Positions 12,721-26,381 are shown, counted from the first letter of the stretch. The stretch: 64,000 bases of DNA from Octopus sinensis (GCF_006345805.1 NC_042997.1:194184001-194248000), one strand, 5' to 3'. Translations and numbers: made by a program. Notes: generated by a model from the sequence alone, not told the origin.

Positions 12721-13337
12721 CCTGTAGAGAAGCATGCCATTGCTTGTGTGAATCTCTATACTTTGAAATATACTCGTATATGCGTGCGCACAAAAGCATT
12801 TGCATGTCAGTCCGTTTGTATGTGTTGTATACATAGATATTACATACTCCAGGCTGAACATCGGAATGTTTCGCATATTTCTTTCGCTTCCATTAATGGC
12901 TTCTGATTGTGATTTTCTAATTAACTGTATCTTCTTAGTTTCGTAAAACCCTGCTTTTCAAGACTGGGGCTTGGGGGCAGTTACTTACATACCCAAGTTA
13001 CATAACCAATAATCACAGGTGTAGCAAACAGGGGGACATTTTTGCTATTTCATAGCATTAACAAATAAAATGCACATTGTTTTTAAATGTCATTTAAAAA
13101 ATCACACCGAATCCCATATGCGAAGTTATGCCTCCCATAAGCTTTCATGCACTAAAAGCATTTTTTTTCGTCTCCTGCGTATGTAATAGAGAAATTGTGG
13201 GGAGGAGCATCTAATATGAACTTTGGTATTTTATGCCATCAAATTTCGTAAGATATTGTTTAGCTTAAAATTCCGAGAAAATGTACTTTATAATTTCGAT
13301 TTTTTGTAATTCTACAGCTAATAAAAGAAAGAAATAT

Positions 13338-13723
13338 AGGTGTAGGATTGGCTGTGTTGTAAGTAGCTTGCTTACCAACTACATGGTTCTGGGTTCGGTC
13401 CCACTGCGTGGAACCTTGGGCAAGTGTATTCTACTATAGCCTCGGGCCGACCAAGGCCTTGTGAGTGGATTTGGCAGACGGAAACTGAAAGAAGCCTGTC
13501 GTATATATGTATATTTATGTGTATGTGTGTGTGTGTTTGTGTGTCTGTGTCCCCCCCCAACCTCGCTTGACAACTGATGGTGGTGTGTTTACTTAGCGGT
13601 TCGGCAAAAGACACCGATAGAATAAGTACTAGGCTTACAAAGAATAAGTCCTGAGGTCGATTTGCTCGACTAAAGGCGGTGCTCCAGCATGGCCACAGTC
13701 AAGTGACTGAAACAAGTAAAAGA
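13338..13723 (+). mobile_element. SINE family A
   Basis: Head to tail match with 8299-8672. Confidence 0.9.
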
Positions 13724-13822
13724 AATGGAAAAAAGAATAAAATGGACCAGTTACGCACTGGGGTCGATCTAATCGACTGGCCCCCTCCTGTGCCTAGAGT
13801 TGAAGAGAATATACCAAACTTT

Positions 13823-14043
13823 AAGGCGATGAGCTGGCAGAATCTTTTGCATGCCGGGCAAAATGTTTAGCGGCGTTTCGTCCTTCTTAATGTTTTGAGT
13901 TCAAATTCCGCTGCGGTTGACTTTGCCTTTCACTCTTCCGGGTATCGATAAAGTAAGTACCAGTTGATCACTGGGGTCGATATAATCGACTTAGCCCTCC
14001 CCCGATAATGCTGACCTTGTGTCAAAACTGGAAACCATTATTA
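13823..14043 (+). mobile_element. SINE family B, U-type tail
   Basis: aaggcgatgagctggcag head; tail gaccttgtgtcaaaactggaaaccattatta. Confidence 0.8.
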
Positions 14044-14148
14044 GAATACCAATTCCATTGTATAGAACTTCTTAGTAACATTCTACCGGTACGTGACCCA
14101 AAGTTTTGCGTGGATCACTATTTCATGCAACTTATGCTCTATTTTTCT

Positions 14149-14319
14149 GAGTGGCTGTGTAGTAAGTAGCTTGGTAACCAACCACATGGTTCCGGGTTCA
14201 GTCCCACTGCGTGGCATCTTGGGCAAGTCTCTTCTGCTATAGCCCCGGGCCGACCAATGCCTTGTGAGTGGATTTGGTAGGCGGAAACTGAAAGAAGCCT
14301 GTCGTATGTATGTATATAT

Positions 14320-14385
<66 letters not shown>

Positions 14386-14606
14386 ATAAGTGTGTGTGTA
14401 TATGTTTGTGTGTCTGTGTTTGTCCCCCTAGCATTGCTTGACAACCGATGCCGGTGTGTTTACGTCCCCGTCACTTAGCGGTTCGGCAAAAGAGACCGAT
14501 AGAATAAGTACTGGGCTTACAAAGAATAAGTTCCGGGGTCGATTTGCTCGACTAAAGGCGGTGCTCCAGCATGGCCGCAGTCAAATGACTGAAACAAGTA
14601 GAAGAG
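14149..14606 (+). mobile_element. SINE family A
   Basis: Family match with expanded internal (TA)n. Confidence 0.9.
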
Positions 14607-14799
14607 TAACTTGCACCAACTATTCCATATGGTCCTATATTTCAGGGACTTCCACCTTCTTTTAAATCCCTTCTTATCACCTGTTTCTCATCATCAGCGC
14701 ATTAACTAAAACATTTTACACACAACACTCTAACCATCTGAACTACAAAGTTCCCCGTTGTTTGTGGATAGAGCGAATGGTGAGGAATTTTTTATATAT

Positions 14800-15215
14800 A
14801 GGCACAGGAGTGGTTGTGTGGTAAGTAGCTTGCTTACCAACCACATGGTTCCGGGTTCAGTCCCACTGCATGGTACCTTGGGCAAGTGTCTTCTACCATA
14901 GCCTCGGGCCGACCAAAGTCTTGTGAGTGGACATTATAGACGGAAACTTAAAGAATCCCGTCGTATATATATGTGTGTGTATGTGTGTGTCTGTGTTTCT
15001 GTGTTTGTCCCCGCAGCATCGCTTGACAACCGATGTTGGTGTGTTCACGTCCCCGTAACTTAGCGGTTCGGCAAAAGCGACCGATAGAATAAGTACTAGG
15101 CTTACAAAGAATAAGTCCTGGAGTCGATTTGCTCGACTAAAGGACTAAAGGCGATGCTCCAGCATGGCCGCAGTCAAATGACTGAAACAAATAAATTAAA
15201 AGAAAAGAAAGAATA
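14800..15215 (+). mobile_element. SINE family A
   Basis: Family match. Confidence 0.9.
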
Positions 15216-15514
15216 AAAGGGACGTGATGCCGCTATGTATTTCCGTCGGCATGCTTAATGATTCTGCCAGCTCACCGCTTCGTAAATATATTAAGACATT
15301 ATTGCACAGAAGAAAATAGTACTAAATCAACAGGAAAACATAATTACATTAATCGTGGAATGTATAATTATAAGTATTAAAGCAACAAGTTAAAATGTAA
15401 TCTGACCTTTTAATGTCTTTTTATTTTGCTTTTTTGCATTAAGAATACCAGAATAAATATTTATAATGTTATTAATTTATTTTGGAAGAAGACTAGCGAT
15501 TTTGAATTGGAGCG

Positions 15515-16098
15515 GGTGGGGTCGTTTACATCAAGAGTCTTTCTGGTACTTTATTTTATTGATCCCGAAAGAATAAAAACGCAAAGTTGACCTCGGCGGG
15601 ATGTGAACTCAGAACGTAAGAAGCCGGAAGAAATATCGCTAAGTGTTTTGTCTGACACGCTCACGATTCTTATTTCATTATTGCCCACAAGGGGCTAAAC
15701 ATAGAAGGGACAAACAAGGACAGACAAGGGGTTTAAGTCGATTACATCGACCCCAGTGCGTAACTGGTACTTAATTTATCGATTCCGAAAGAAAGAAAGG
15801 TAAAGTCGACCTCGGCGGAATTTGAACTCAGAACGTAAAGACAGACGAAATACCTACTTCTTTACTACCCACAAGGGTAGTAAAGAGAGGACAAACATAG
15901 AGAGGACAAACAAGGACAGACAAACAGATTAAGTCGATTAGATCGACCCCAGTGCGTAACTGGTACTTATTTAATCGACCCCGAAAGGATGAAAGGCGAA
16001 GTCGACCTCGGCGGAATTCGAACTCAGAACGTAACGGCAGACGAAATACCGCAAAGCATTTCGTCCGGCGTGCTAACGATTCTACCAGCTCGTTGCCT
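15515..16098 (-). mobile_element. Head-to-tail SINE-B trimer
   Basis: Full copy, then units starting at ggtatttcg and at agaatcgt; two T tails. Confidence 0.85.
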
Positions 16099-16149
16099 GA
16101 AGTAATGTAATTAATTAAAAATGCCATTTTGAATGTAAAATTCAAACTC

Positions 16150-16590
16150 CTTCTAGAATCTCTACATCAATCGTTTTTGCCTTGGACATAAAGATATACT
16201 AGTGTATCGAGTCTTCGTTTTGCAACACTCTTCAGTGAACTTGTGAACTTACGCCAATGCAAGCTGAATCCATTAAACTGTCTCCTATCTTGTTCGTCCG
16301 TCAGAGCGACGAGAACCATGTAGTCATCCTAGGACCACTGATGACCTGTATGATTATTTTTGTTTAGAATGAAAAATTAGTTGCCCACAGTCAACCATAC
16401 CCTCTCGTCCGTGACCATCCAATTGCAAGACCAGGTCAAGAAGACTGGAAACGGAAGTGGATGCAGTGAGTGATCGAGACGTCGTACTTGTCTCGTTTTA
16501 CTCACTGCAGTCCACAATACTTTGGTGTAGCCGTCTTCTTCTCCGTTGAAACTTGAAGATTTCTCTGTAGAATCCACCGGATCCTGTCTT
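16150..16590 (-). mobile_element. Possible Penelope-like RT relic
   Basis: ATPKYCGLQ*VKR..GLAIGW..DSLMDSACIGVSS loosely follows the PLE pattern P-x-x-YGLPK-x-HK..LA-x-W..SFDV; many stops. Confidence 0.35.
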
Positions 16591-16600
16591 CACATGTATA

Positions 16601-16829
16601 TATTTCTTTACTGCCCACAAGGAGCTATACACAGAGGAGACAAACAAGGACAGACGGATTAAGTCGATTATATCGACCCCATTGCGTAACTGGTACTTAA
16701 TTTATCGTCCCCGAAAGGATGAAAGGCAAAGTCGACCTCAGCGGAATTTGAACTCAGAACGTAACGACAGGCGAAATACGGCTACGCATTTCGCCCGGCG
16801 TGCTAACGTTTCTGCCAGCTCGCCGCCTT
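16601..16829 (-). mobile_element. SINE family B, full length, T tail, 15-bp TSD
   Basis: TSD gtcttcacatgtata at 16586-16600 and 16833-16847. Confidence 0.92.
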
Positions 16830-18061
16830 TCAGTCTTCACATGTATAGGTAGCCAAACCCTAATATGCTAATTAACTCATAGCTGAAAACACTAGTGGTT
16901 AAGAAATGGTTGGTTCCAAACTCTTCATAACCATGCAACTCCCGAACCAGGGACCCTCTACAGTTTAAATTTATAGCTAGGAGGACATACTGTCTTCTAT
17001 ACCATCGCTACATCCTTAACTTTTCTAACGATGTTGACTATAGCTTTTCTGAAAAGAAGATTTATTCGATATAGTCACCGTTCTCCAGCAATTACTCCTA
17101 CTCTGACACGACTAGGACTCCTCTAATCTCCAGAACTGTTAATAATCGTCGTTTTATTATGCAAATTCCCAGTCTTTGTGAATTTAAAACATTAACAGTT
17201 GTCTTGTATCCTTACTTCTTCAACCAAAAGAGTTTAAAAGTACAGCGAACCCGCCTCAGAATTAAGTAATAAAAAAAGAAGTATAACCTTTTTGCTAAAA
17301 GATATAGTATTCGATTCGCTACGAAATAGCCTTAATTCTCTCGCTTTTTTGTTGAACATTGTAAGAAAAATATTTTTAAACCAGACAGTCAGTAAAAGGC
17401 TATAGTACTTTTATTATCTATTTCTGAAAAGGAGACACCGTGCTTTTAAACTTATCTATAAAGCAAGATTCGTTCTGCATCAAGTAGAATTTCAAACCGG
17501 CCATTTTGTGTAACTAGAATTCTGTTTATGTTACGCAGCGAAAATATGTGACTAAATGTGTTTGTTTAGTTCTAAATTTGCGCGTAGAGTTGCTTCTTTC
17601 AGCTTATAGATACTTTTGTTAGTATATTATTCAAAGTTGAATTATTTTCTTTCGGTTTTTATCTTTGATTGACATTTATACTTATTGTGTTGTTTGCGGG
17701 GATTTTTCTGTGTATTTTATTGCATGTTTCGGCTATGTTTATTTATGTTTATTTATTTGTGTATGTTTAGGTTAATTATTTAGATTTGAACGACTTTCTT
17801 CAGTCTCGTATTATTTCTGACGTGGAAAATCGGATTGACTCTTGCCTGTTGAATTTTCTTTTTAATTTTCGTTGCTTAGTTTTCAGGCCAGGGGTAGCCA
17901 ACAGTCGATAGTTGCGCAATCCTATTATGAAAGACATTCTAGCCGTGACCATTCACTAATGTCAGATATGTGTTCTTTTTTTAAAAAAAAAGTGAGGTAG
18001 GTTTGATAGCAAATCAAAGATTTGATAGCAAATCAATCAATAACATAGAGGCTTGATGATA

Positions 18062-18092
<31 letters not shown>

Positions 18093-19332
18093 CGACGACG
18101 ACAGAGATGGCGGTGGCAACGGTGATGACAATGAAGATGATTTATAATTGTTCCCGTAGCGTAATTGGTGGTGGTGGTGGTGAGGAGAGAAGGGCTAATC
18201 CGCTCCGAGCGGCGTTTTAATGGGGGCAGCACTTTTTTGGGGTCTACTGTATAACTTTTATAGGGAGCAAAAAAGGGTGCACAGCTAATTCAAGAGTTGT
18301 CCCCGAGTGGCACACCCTCTAGCTTCTCCACTTCCCAATTTAGTCCGAATCTCAAATCCAAAGTGTTCCAATCGTGATCACTATATCTTTTTTTTTCTTT
18401 CAGCCATAGTATATCTAGGACTACAATATCTAGTGTGTCCTGTATCCTTTCTTTCTAAACAGTAATAAAATGTAATTCACGAAGAAGCTCCTTCGTCGAA
18501 AGAGAATTGGGTGTTGGGTAGAGTGATGATAAAATAGTTATTGTGGTAACTGGCTTTGAATTAGCATCGAGAATCCGATCAATTTCACGGTTTATAGGCG
18601 TCGAATGTAATTGACAGTCTTTCACGGTAATAATGGGGTCAACAAACCATTTAAAGCACGTACCTTGTGTATGTGTGTTCGATGTTGTTTAAATCCCTCG
18701 AACTGCTATATTTGAATTTTTTTCCGTGGTATGAAATATTGGAACATACGGACAGATGGTCCTTACACCATTTTTTTTTTTTTTTTGTAACTGTAGACAG
18801 CGATTTAGCTTACATCTGGCCTTGTTTCGGCTACAAGTCACAAAAATGACAAAACATCGACGTCTGTCGCTCCTGAATGGGACCAGATGCGAGTTATCTC
18901 GCTTGTCTATGACTTTCAGGTGTTTTAACACCAGGCGAATTGATGAGAATATATTCTCTTACGCCTACAAGCGTAGCCTGCCCACAAACACCAGCAAATC
19001 ACGTATATGTGTGTGTGTGAGTAAATGTATGTATTTACATATCTGTATGTATAGTGAAGACCAAGATGATTGGGACTTAAAGTTTCGCCTAACAGTTTGT
19101 TCAGCCAATCTGACTGAATTATGAGTATAAAAATACACCAGCAGCTCATGCTCAAACGCTCAATTCTTATTTCAATAATCGTTTAAAATATTATTTTCAT
19201 ACAAACACACATGCGCATGCGCGCACGCATATAAGTATGTTCATATCTATCAATCTATCTATCTGCCTATCTATCTATCTATCTCTTACCTGTGTGTCTA
19301 TCTATCTATCTGCCTATCTATTTATCTCTTAC

Positions 19333-19363
<31 letters not shown>

Positions 19364-19380
19364 TGATGGCAGAGTATGAT

Positions 19381-19713
19381 TTGAGGTAAGTTGGCTGCTA
19401 TTTCTAAACATGCCGAGAAACTACAAAAACCTCCCTGTGTATGCATGCCAGAACGTGAAACCCTGAGTAGCAGTTTTTTTTTTTTTTGTAATATTTTCGT
19501 GATGTTTTTGCAGTTTTAATAATGAAGCATTTTACTCTACCTTCGGTATTCGAGGACTATTTTTTCCCACCTTGTTTCACATTTATGTGCTACTCGGGTC
19601 ACGAAAATATTACAAAAAAACTGCTACTTAGGGTTTCACGTTCTGGCATGCATACACATGAAGGTTTTTGTAGCTTCTCGGCATGCTTAGAAATAGCAGC
19701 CAACTTACCTCAA
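19381..19713. repeat. Inverted repeat, ~120-bp arms
   Basis: 19381-19502 is the reverse complement of 19599-19713 apart from about five substitutions and poly-T length. Confidence 0.92.
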
Positions 19714-20931
19714 CATATATATATATATATATATATAATATGAATCTAACGATTCTGCCAGCTCGCTGATTCAATAAGTAAAATAATGATTCTTTTATAT
19801 TAGAAACAAAGCCTAAATTTTTAGAGGGTGGAACCAGTCGATGTAATCAACTCCGGCGCTTGACTGGTACTTATTTTATCGACCCCGAAAGGATGAAAAG
19901 CAAAGTCGATTTCGGCAGAATTCGAACTTAGAACGTAAAAACAGACGAAATGTCACTAAGTCTTTTTGCCCTGCGTGCAACCGATTCTGCCAGTTCGCTG
20001 CCTTAATAAGTAAAACTTTTCAGACTCAGATAATATACATTAATATATAGTGTATGGGTGACTGCAAGAATGTATAATGCGCATTTTTAAAGACACGCAC
20101 ACACACACACACACACACATTTATACACTTATGTAGCTATCTACACTCACACGTACGTATATGCGCACAAACATACAAATACGAAAATGTCCTATAAACA
20201 ATTTGTGGAATGTTTTATCCGCACCAACACTTATATGTACAGCGTCAGGGGACAGATTAGTCTGGAAAAGACAAGAGCCAGGGAAATGAATGGGCTTAAT
20301 CGGATAGCGAACATGTATCGCCGGCTCGGCTCACTGAGGGCTTACTTCCTATGTACAGTACTCACGCGATCCATTGTATGGAGCTTCCCCGTGATCGATC
20401 GGCCTTATGAAAATAGAAATAGTAACCAAATCTCATTCAAATTTCTTCTTTTTTTTTATTCTAAAGAGGGAAGGAATAATTGGATTATGTAGTCCTGGAA
20501 GTACGCTGTATAAAAATTTTTTTAAAAAAACGGAATGATCCGGTTTCCCACCCTCTCCTGATCCTGGGCCTGCTTTACCAGGACTTATCTCGAGTTAAAC
20601 AACAACTATAGCTTGTATGTATACACGCGGAGGTTTAGATAGCTTCTCGGCATGTTTAGAAATAGCAGCCAGCTTGCCTCAAACTGTCAAGTAAGTAGGG
20701 AAGGCAATGCCTATGACCCTTTTCAGAGCCTTCGGGACTTCTGGGCCAGGGAGAAGAAGGAAAGGTATACTCAAACCGGCAAACCCGAATGCTTGCAAAT
20801 TGAGCGAACAACCAAAGACCATGTTGGGGTGTCTTAAAACAGGCGACGAGTTATGTCAACATCCCTAACTTTGAAAACCACTTAAAATAATAGTTTTAAA
20901 AACGGATAACAGTTTCTAATATTCTTTCCAG

Positions 20932-21345
20932 AGGTGTAGGAGTGGCTGTGGGGTAAGTAGCTTGCTTACGAACCACATGGTCCCGGTTTCAGTCCCACAG
21001 TGTGGCACCTTGGGCAAGTGTCTTCTACTATAGCCTCGGGCTGACCAAAGCGTTGTGAATGGATTTGGTGGGCGGAAACTGAAAGAAGCCCGTCGTATTT
21101 ATGTATATATATGTATGTGTGTGTGTATATGTTAGTGTGCCTGTGTTTGTGCCCCCCCCCACCAACATCGCTTGATAACCGATGCTGGTGTGTTTACGTC
21201 CCCGTAATTTAGCAGTTCGGCAAAAGAGACCGATAGAATAAGTACTAGGCTTACAAAAAATAAGTCCTGGGATCGATTTGCTCGACTAAAAAGGCGGTGC
21301 TCCAGCATGGCCACAGTCAAATGACTGAAACAAGTAAAAGAGTGA
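20932..21345 (+). mobile_element. SINE family A, followed by a U-tailed SINE-B on - strand (21361-21555)
   Basis: Family matches. Confidence 0.88.
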
Positions 21346-21643
21346 AAGAATATAAGCAGAAGGCCTGAAATTTTGGGGGTAAAGACTCGTCGCTTTCACC
21401 GACACCTGGGCTCGACTGATATTTATTTTATTGATCCCAAAAGGATGAAAGGCAAATTCGACCTCGGTGGAATTTGAACTCAGAACGTAAAGAAGGAAGA
21501 AATGTCGCTAAGTAATTTTGTCCGGCGTGCAAAACGATTCTACAAGCCCGCCATCTTCATATAGTCTCTGATATACAAACAAACGAGATGATCAGATTAG
21601 ATTTTCTTGGTCAGAATTGACCCAGGACTAAGCAACACCAGCA

Positions 21644-22026
21644 GTGGAGGCGCAATGGCCCAGTGGTTAGGGCAGCGGACTCGCGGTCGGAGGATCGCGG
21701 TTTCGATTCCCAGACCAGGCGTTGTGTGTGTTTATTCAGCAAAAACACCTAAAGCTCCACAGGCTCCGGCAGGGGGTGGTGGCGACCCCTGTTGTACTCT
21801 TTCGCTCCAACTTTCTCTCACTCTTCTTCCTGTTTCTTGTCCCCGACTTCCTACGCAACCGCTGAACCTGGATGCGCATTCATCCATCCGTCGATGCTCT
21901 CGGTGTCGGGGGTTTGACCTGCTTTCTCTTCTGCGGGTCTTACGAATAGCAAAAGGACCACGTTTCGGACTTCTCCCACTCTGGGACGAAGACCGCTTCG
22001 CTCAACAAACAAACAAATAAACAAAC
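21644..22026 (+). mobile_element. tRNA-derived SINE family D, (AAAC)n tail
   Basis: Head ggaggcgcaatggcccagtggttagg..ggtttcgattccc; copies at 31141-31451 (-) and 61527-61932 (+). Confidence 0.88.
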
Positions 22027-23287
22027 CAGCAACATCAACATCAACGATAATAGATAAAAATTCACATTTAAATTACTGTCACACACAGACACACACACAG
22101 ATATACACACACACGCACGCACGACATTTTTTCCATTATAAAAACAGCGAACAAGCTTTGCTTCACGCAGCAGGATTATCTTACAGGTCGAAAGAAAGTG
22201 ACACCACCATATCAGACGATATACCAACTAATTTGGTATTTTACATATTTATTTATTGTTAGATTTCATAGCTTTAGTAATGGCCGATTTTCGCTAATCT
22301 TTTATTTGTTTATTCTTCTTGTTCATAATAAATGTTTATACGTTAAAAGTTTCCTTTTTTATATTTTTCGTTTTATACTCTCTTTTTTTTCTGATTTATT
22401 ACTTCAACGCTGTCATATCTGAAGATTCAATTATAATTGTAGCAAAATATTTGGCAAAAGATATTTCATTCAATTAAATGAGGGTAGTTGTTGGGTGGCT
22501 TTGAGACACTACAAGCATTGTGCCTAGACAACATAATTCATTTAAACATCCTAATCCGTCTTATAAACTTTGAATGACGTGTAAGTGATAAGGTGAAAGG
22601 CATGAAGTTCTTAACGAAGAAAATCTGTCGGCGTTTCAACTCAGTGGCGTGTCACATACGGTATTTATTATTCTCTCGGTTGTAGGCATGAACTGTTAAT
22701 CTTCCAGTTGCTATTATCCTTTTAACACTGATGTCCACTTGAGTAATCCTTGTTGTAAAATAACTTGTCTCAAGCTTAATGTCTGGAATTTGAGAAGACT
22801 GATGATGTGCTTCGTCGATAACAATTAATCTCTTAAAAGAAATTAATAAAAGTGTTTGCTAAGTTCCTTAGAGAACAACATATCTCACGTTTCGAACCTT
22901 TGCACTTTATCAAGAATGAGACAGAGAGAGAGACAGAGAATATGGTGTTGTCACTTTGGCCGTAAGCTAACGAAAATTCTCCTATCTTACAATCAAATCG
23001 ACAATACTCTTTCTTCCTCTCCCCTCCCCGCTCTCTCTCTCTATCTTTCTTTTTACCCACTCTCACACGAGCGATATAATCTGAAACGTTAAATTCTCTA
23101 AGTGATTTCTTACATTGGTACACGGCCATATGTAGCAGTTGATAACCAATTAAATTTACTCCATTTTACGACTAGTATTTATTTATTTATTGACTGTAGA
23201 GAGCAAATGCCAGTTTGACTCTGGCAGTCATTTGAACTCTGGGAACTCTAGTATTCTATCGTTACTAACACTCCACTCTCTTCTGTA

Positions 23288-23337
23288 GCGGTGGTGGCAG
23301 TGGTGGTGATGATGGTGATAGTGGTGGTGGTGGTAGC

Positions 23338-23380
<43 letters not shown>

Positions 23381-23643
23381 ACAGTGATGGTGGTGGCGGC
23401 GGCGGTGGTGGTGGTTGTGGTGGTGGTGGTAACGGCGGCGGTAGTGGTGGTTGTGGTGGTGTTGGTGGTGGTGACGGAAGCGGCGGCGGCGGGGGCGGCG
23501 GCAGCGGCGGCAGCGACGGCAGCAGAGATGGTGGCAGTTGCGGTGGCGGCGGCGGCGGCGTGGTGGCGGTTGTGGTGGCGGCGGCAGCGGTGGTGGCGCC
23601 AGTGGCGGCAGCGGTGGTGGTTGTGGTGGTGGTGATGATGGTG
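23288..23643. repeat. GC-rich (GGC/GGT)n compound trinucleotide tract
   Basis: Direct reading; source of the poly-Ala/Pro ORFs. Confidence 0.95.
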
Positions 23644-24002
23644 TTTAGCCCCAAATAAGTACTGACCGAGCAAATGCATAATTAAATGTGTTCTCGCCAT
23701 GGCTACTCCACCATTTTCTTTTAAAAGCGTGCAGAGTTACATGTTACATTACGTCATTTAACCTTTCTTATTTTGAGACGGAAGCTGTTAATTGAAGGGC
23801 AATTTGGTTGTTATTTCAAATTTCAAAAAATATTGTTGAAGCAGACAAATATCCCTCAAAACTTCAACTCAACACCGGTCAAGCAGATTTCTGATCAACT
23901 ACAAGGTGTCTAGGTCTACATTAACTAATGCATGTCCTTCAAGATGGATTAGGATTTGAGGAAGACTTGGCTGCAGTTTCTATCCGGCTGTGCAACCAAA
24001 TA

Positions 24003-24486
24003 CAGTGATCCCTCGTTTATCGCGGTAGATTGGTTCCGAGACCAGCCGCGATAACTGAATTTCCGCGAAGTATGGACACCATATTTACAGTATTTATTTA
24101 ACGTGTATTTGGACTTTTAAAACCCTCCCTGTGCTGTTAACAATCCACCCATTACAGTAGTCTATTAACAAGGACAACTGTTAAGCAATAACACTTTTAT
24201 TTAAAAAAGATAAAGATTGTTAGTTACACTGGCCAGATTACAAAATAGAAAGCTGTGATTCGTCGTCTCTCTCCATTGCACCAATAACAGCCCGTCTTAA
24301 GTTTAAATACCCCTGTATATGCTATTTTACGCTTGTTTTGTTGTTCCTAGACTTGGAAATAATATTTATTATTAATGTTTTAATGGATTTAATGAAAAAT
24401 TTTAGGTGTTCATATATATATATATTTAAAATCCGCGAAGTTGTGAATCCGCGATAGTTGAACCGCGAAGTAGCGAGGAATCACTG
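24003..24486. mobile_element. Tigger/pogo-type MITE
   Basis: TA|CAGTGATCCCTCG .. CGAGGAATCACTG|TA with subterminal ccgcga repeats at both ends. Confidence 0.85.
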
Positions 24487-24918
24487 TAGTCTCTTTCGTT
24501 GTTTCGTAGAAAGTAGGAGTAGTGAGAAATGATAGGGCGTTAGTATTTATTTTATACTTTCTTCAAGGAATTAACTTTATGACCGATAAATTAATCCCTA
24601 CTATAGGCTTATCGATTATACCTCTTCATTGTGAAAATCAATTCTACCTGGTCGCTGTAGGTATTAAGGGCCCTTGAACGAAGCAATACATTGACTAATC
24701 TAGAATTTATTATGAAAACTTGGTTTTTGTATTTGGTTTGCAAGATCCGTGTGTTGAAACAAATTTTGTTGTGTCATAGGATAATGATTACCCCAGTAAT
24801 ATTATTGGCGTAATGACTCTCTCAAGATACGAGTTACGAGCAATATATCGATTAGACTTACAAATCAACAATCCTCGATTTCCAGGAAATGATTAACGGG
24901 AGGTAACTGCCGTTTGGT

Positions 24919-25490
24919 GAAGGCGCCTGGCTTAGTGGTTAGGGTGTTGCACTCACGATTACTGGACCTGGTGGTGCGCGTTCGTGAGCAAAACATCTCC
25001 CTTCCTGTTGCTCCAGGCCACTCAGCTGTGCATGAGTGACCCTTCGACGGACTGGCGTCCTGCTCAGGGAAAACGCTGAAATCGAGGTCAGTTAAACGCC
25101 ATGGAAACAAGGTATCTGCCTCTCTGAGTCATGTGAAGGCGGGGTTTTACACTCACGACACAAGACTGTGATTTCGATCCCCGAACAAAACATCTCACTT
25201 CTTGTTGCTCCAGGCCACTCAGCTGTGCATGAATGACCCTTCGACGGAAGGACGTCCTGTTCAGGGAAAACGCTGAAATCAAGGTTAGTTAAACGCCATG
25301 GAAACAAGGTATCTGCCTCTCTGAGTCATGTGAAGGCGGAGTTTTAGACTCACGACACAAGAGCGTGGTTTCGATCCCCGGACCGGGCGGTGCGTTGTAT
25401 TTTGATCACAAAACTTCATTTCACAGTGCTCCAATCCGCTCAGCATTAGATCTAAGCCTGCGACAGACTGGCGTCCCGTTCAAAGGGAAT
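24919..25490 (+). mobile_element. Tandem trimer of a SINE-C-related unit, ~197-bp period
   Basis: caaaacatctc recurs at 24989 and 25186; A-box-like tggcttagtgg in unit 1, B-box-like ggtttcgatccc in unit 3. Confidence 0.7.
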
Positions 25491-25802
25491 GTTGTGATTT
25501 TAGTCACTTATACGGCCCTCTGGGTCCAACGACTCGATACAGTACTTACATAATTGTCGTTTGCGCTTAGGGATTATTTCCAATCTGTTCTTTGCATATC
25601 ACATACTTTACATTTTCTTTAGTGCGTGTATAGCTTTCTTCAACTGTCCACAGTTAAAAATAGATAAGTGAAACTTCTTGCAGAACAGATTATATGCTAA
25701 ATATACTTCACTGTGATGATGATGATAATAATAATAATTAATAATAATAAAATAATAATAATAATAATAATAATAATAATCACGAATAGTCAAGAAGGAA
25801 GA

Positions 25803-25805
<3 letters not shown>

Positions 25806-25855
<50 letters not shown>

Positions 25856-25873
25856 CGGATGGATGGATGGATG

Positions 25874-25960
<87 letters not shown>

Positions 25961-26007
25961 GGATGGATGGATGGATGGATGGATGGATGAATAGATAGAT
26001 AGATGGA
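25806..26007. repeat. (GATA)n/(GGAT)n microsatellite
   Basis: Direct reading. Confidence 0.97.
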
Positions 26008-26320
26008 TAGAGACAACCGTCTTAAGTACGAAATAGCCCGACTATGGAAAATGAAGAAGGTGAAGACAGTGCCAATTATTGTTGGGTCCTTGGGAATAGT
26101 ATCCAAAGGCATCAAGAGGGATATAAAGGAAATTGAAATAAAGTGCCCTGTAGAACTGTTACAAAAGGTTTTGCCCCCCTTGGCACGGCCAGAATAAACA
26201 GGAAAGAATTGGCTAGCTGAAAAGGACGGATAGCATGGCACCGTAGGCTGCAGGTAGTAATAAGCCCGCTACACATGCAAAATTCCAGGACCTCCAGCAA
26301 AACCTGTGATAAAGAGAAAA
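26008..26320 (+). mobile_element. R4/Dong-clade 3' end fragment
   Basis: [33 protein letters not shown], distinct 3' UTR, ends in (AAT)n. Confidence 0.85.
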
Positions 26321-26339
26321 TAATAATAATATAATAATA

Positions 26340-26381
<42 letters not shown>

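Noticed and set aside
11071-12906. Many IY/HT/CV-rich ORFs, also at 29703-30806, 40530-41065 and 49786-50247
   Set aside because: Translations of microsatellites.
16368-16465. Open exon-like segment (phase 0 to 2) that could splice to 33290
   Set aside because: No EMI cysteines; the opposite strand looks like a Penelope-type RT relic.
20366-20403. 38-nt - strand segment with good splice signals
   Set aside because: No partner exons or recognisable peptide; such signals arise by chance in 64 kb.
23248-23700. Poly-His/Ala/Thr/Pro ORFs resembling transcription-factor low-complexity tracts
   Set aside because: Open in several frames and both strands, no splice signals or domain; trinucleotide repeat.
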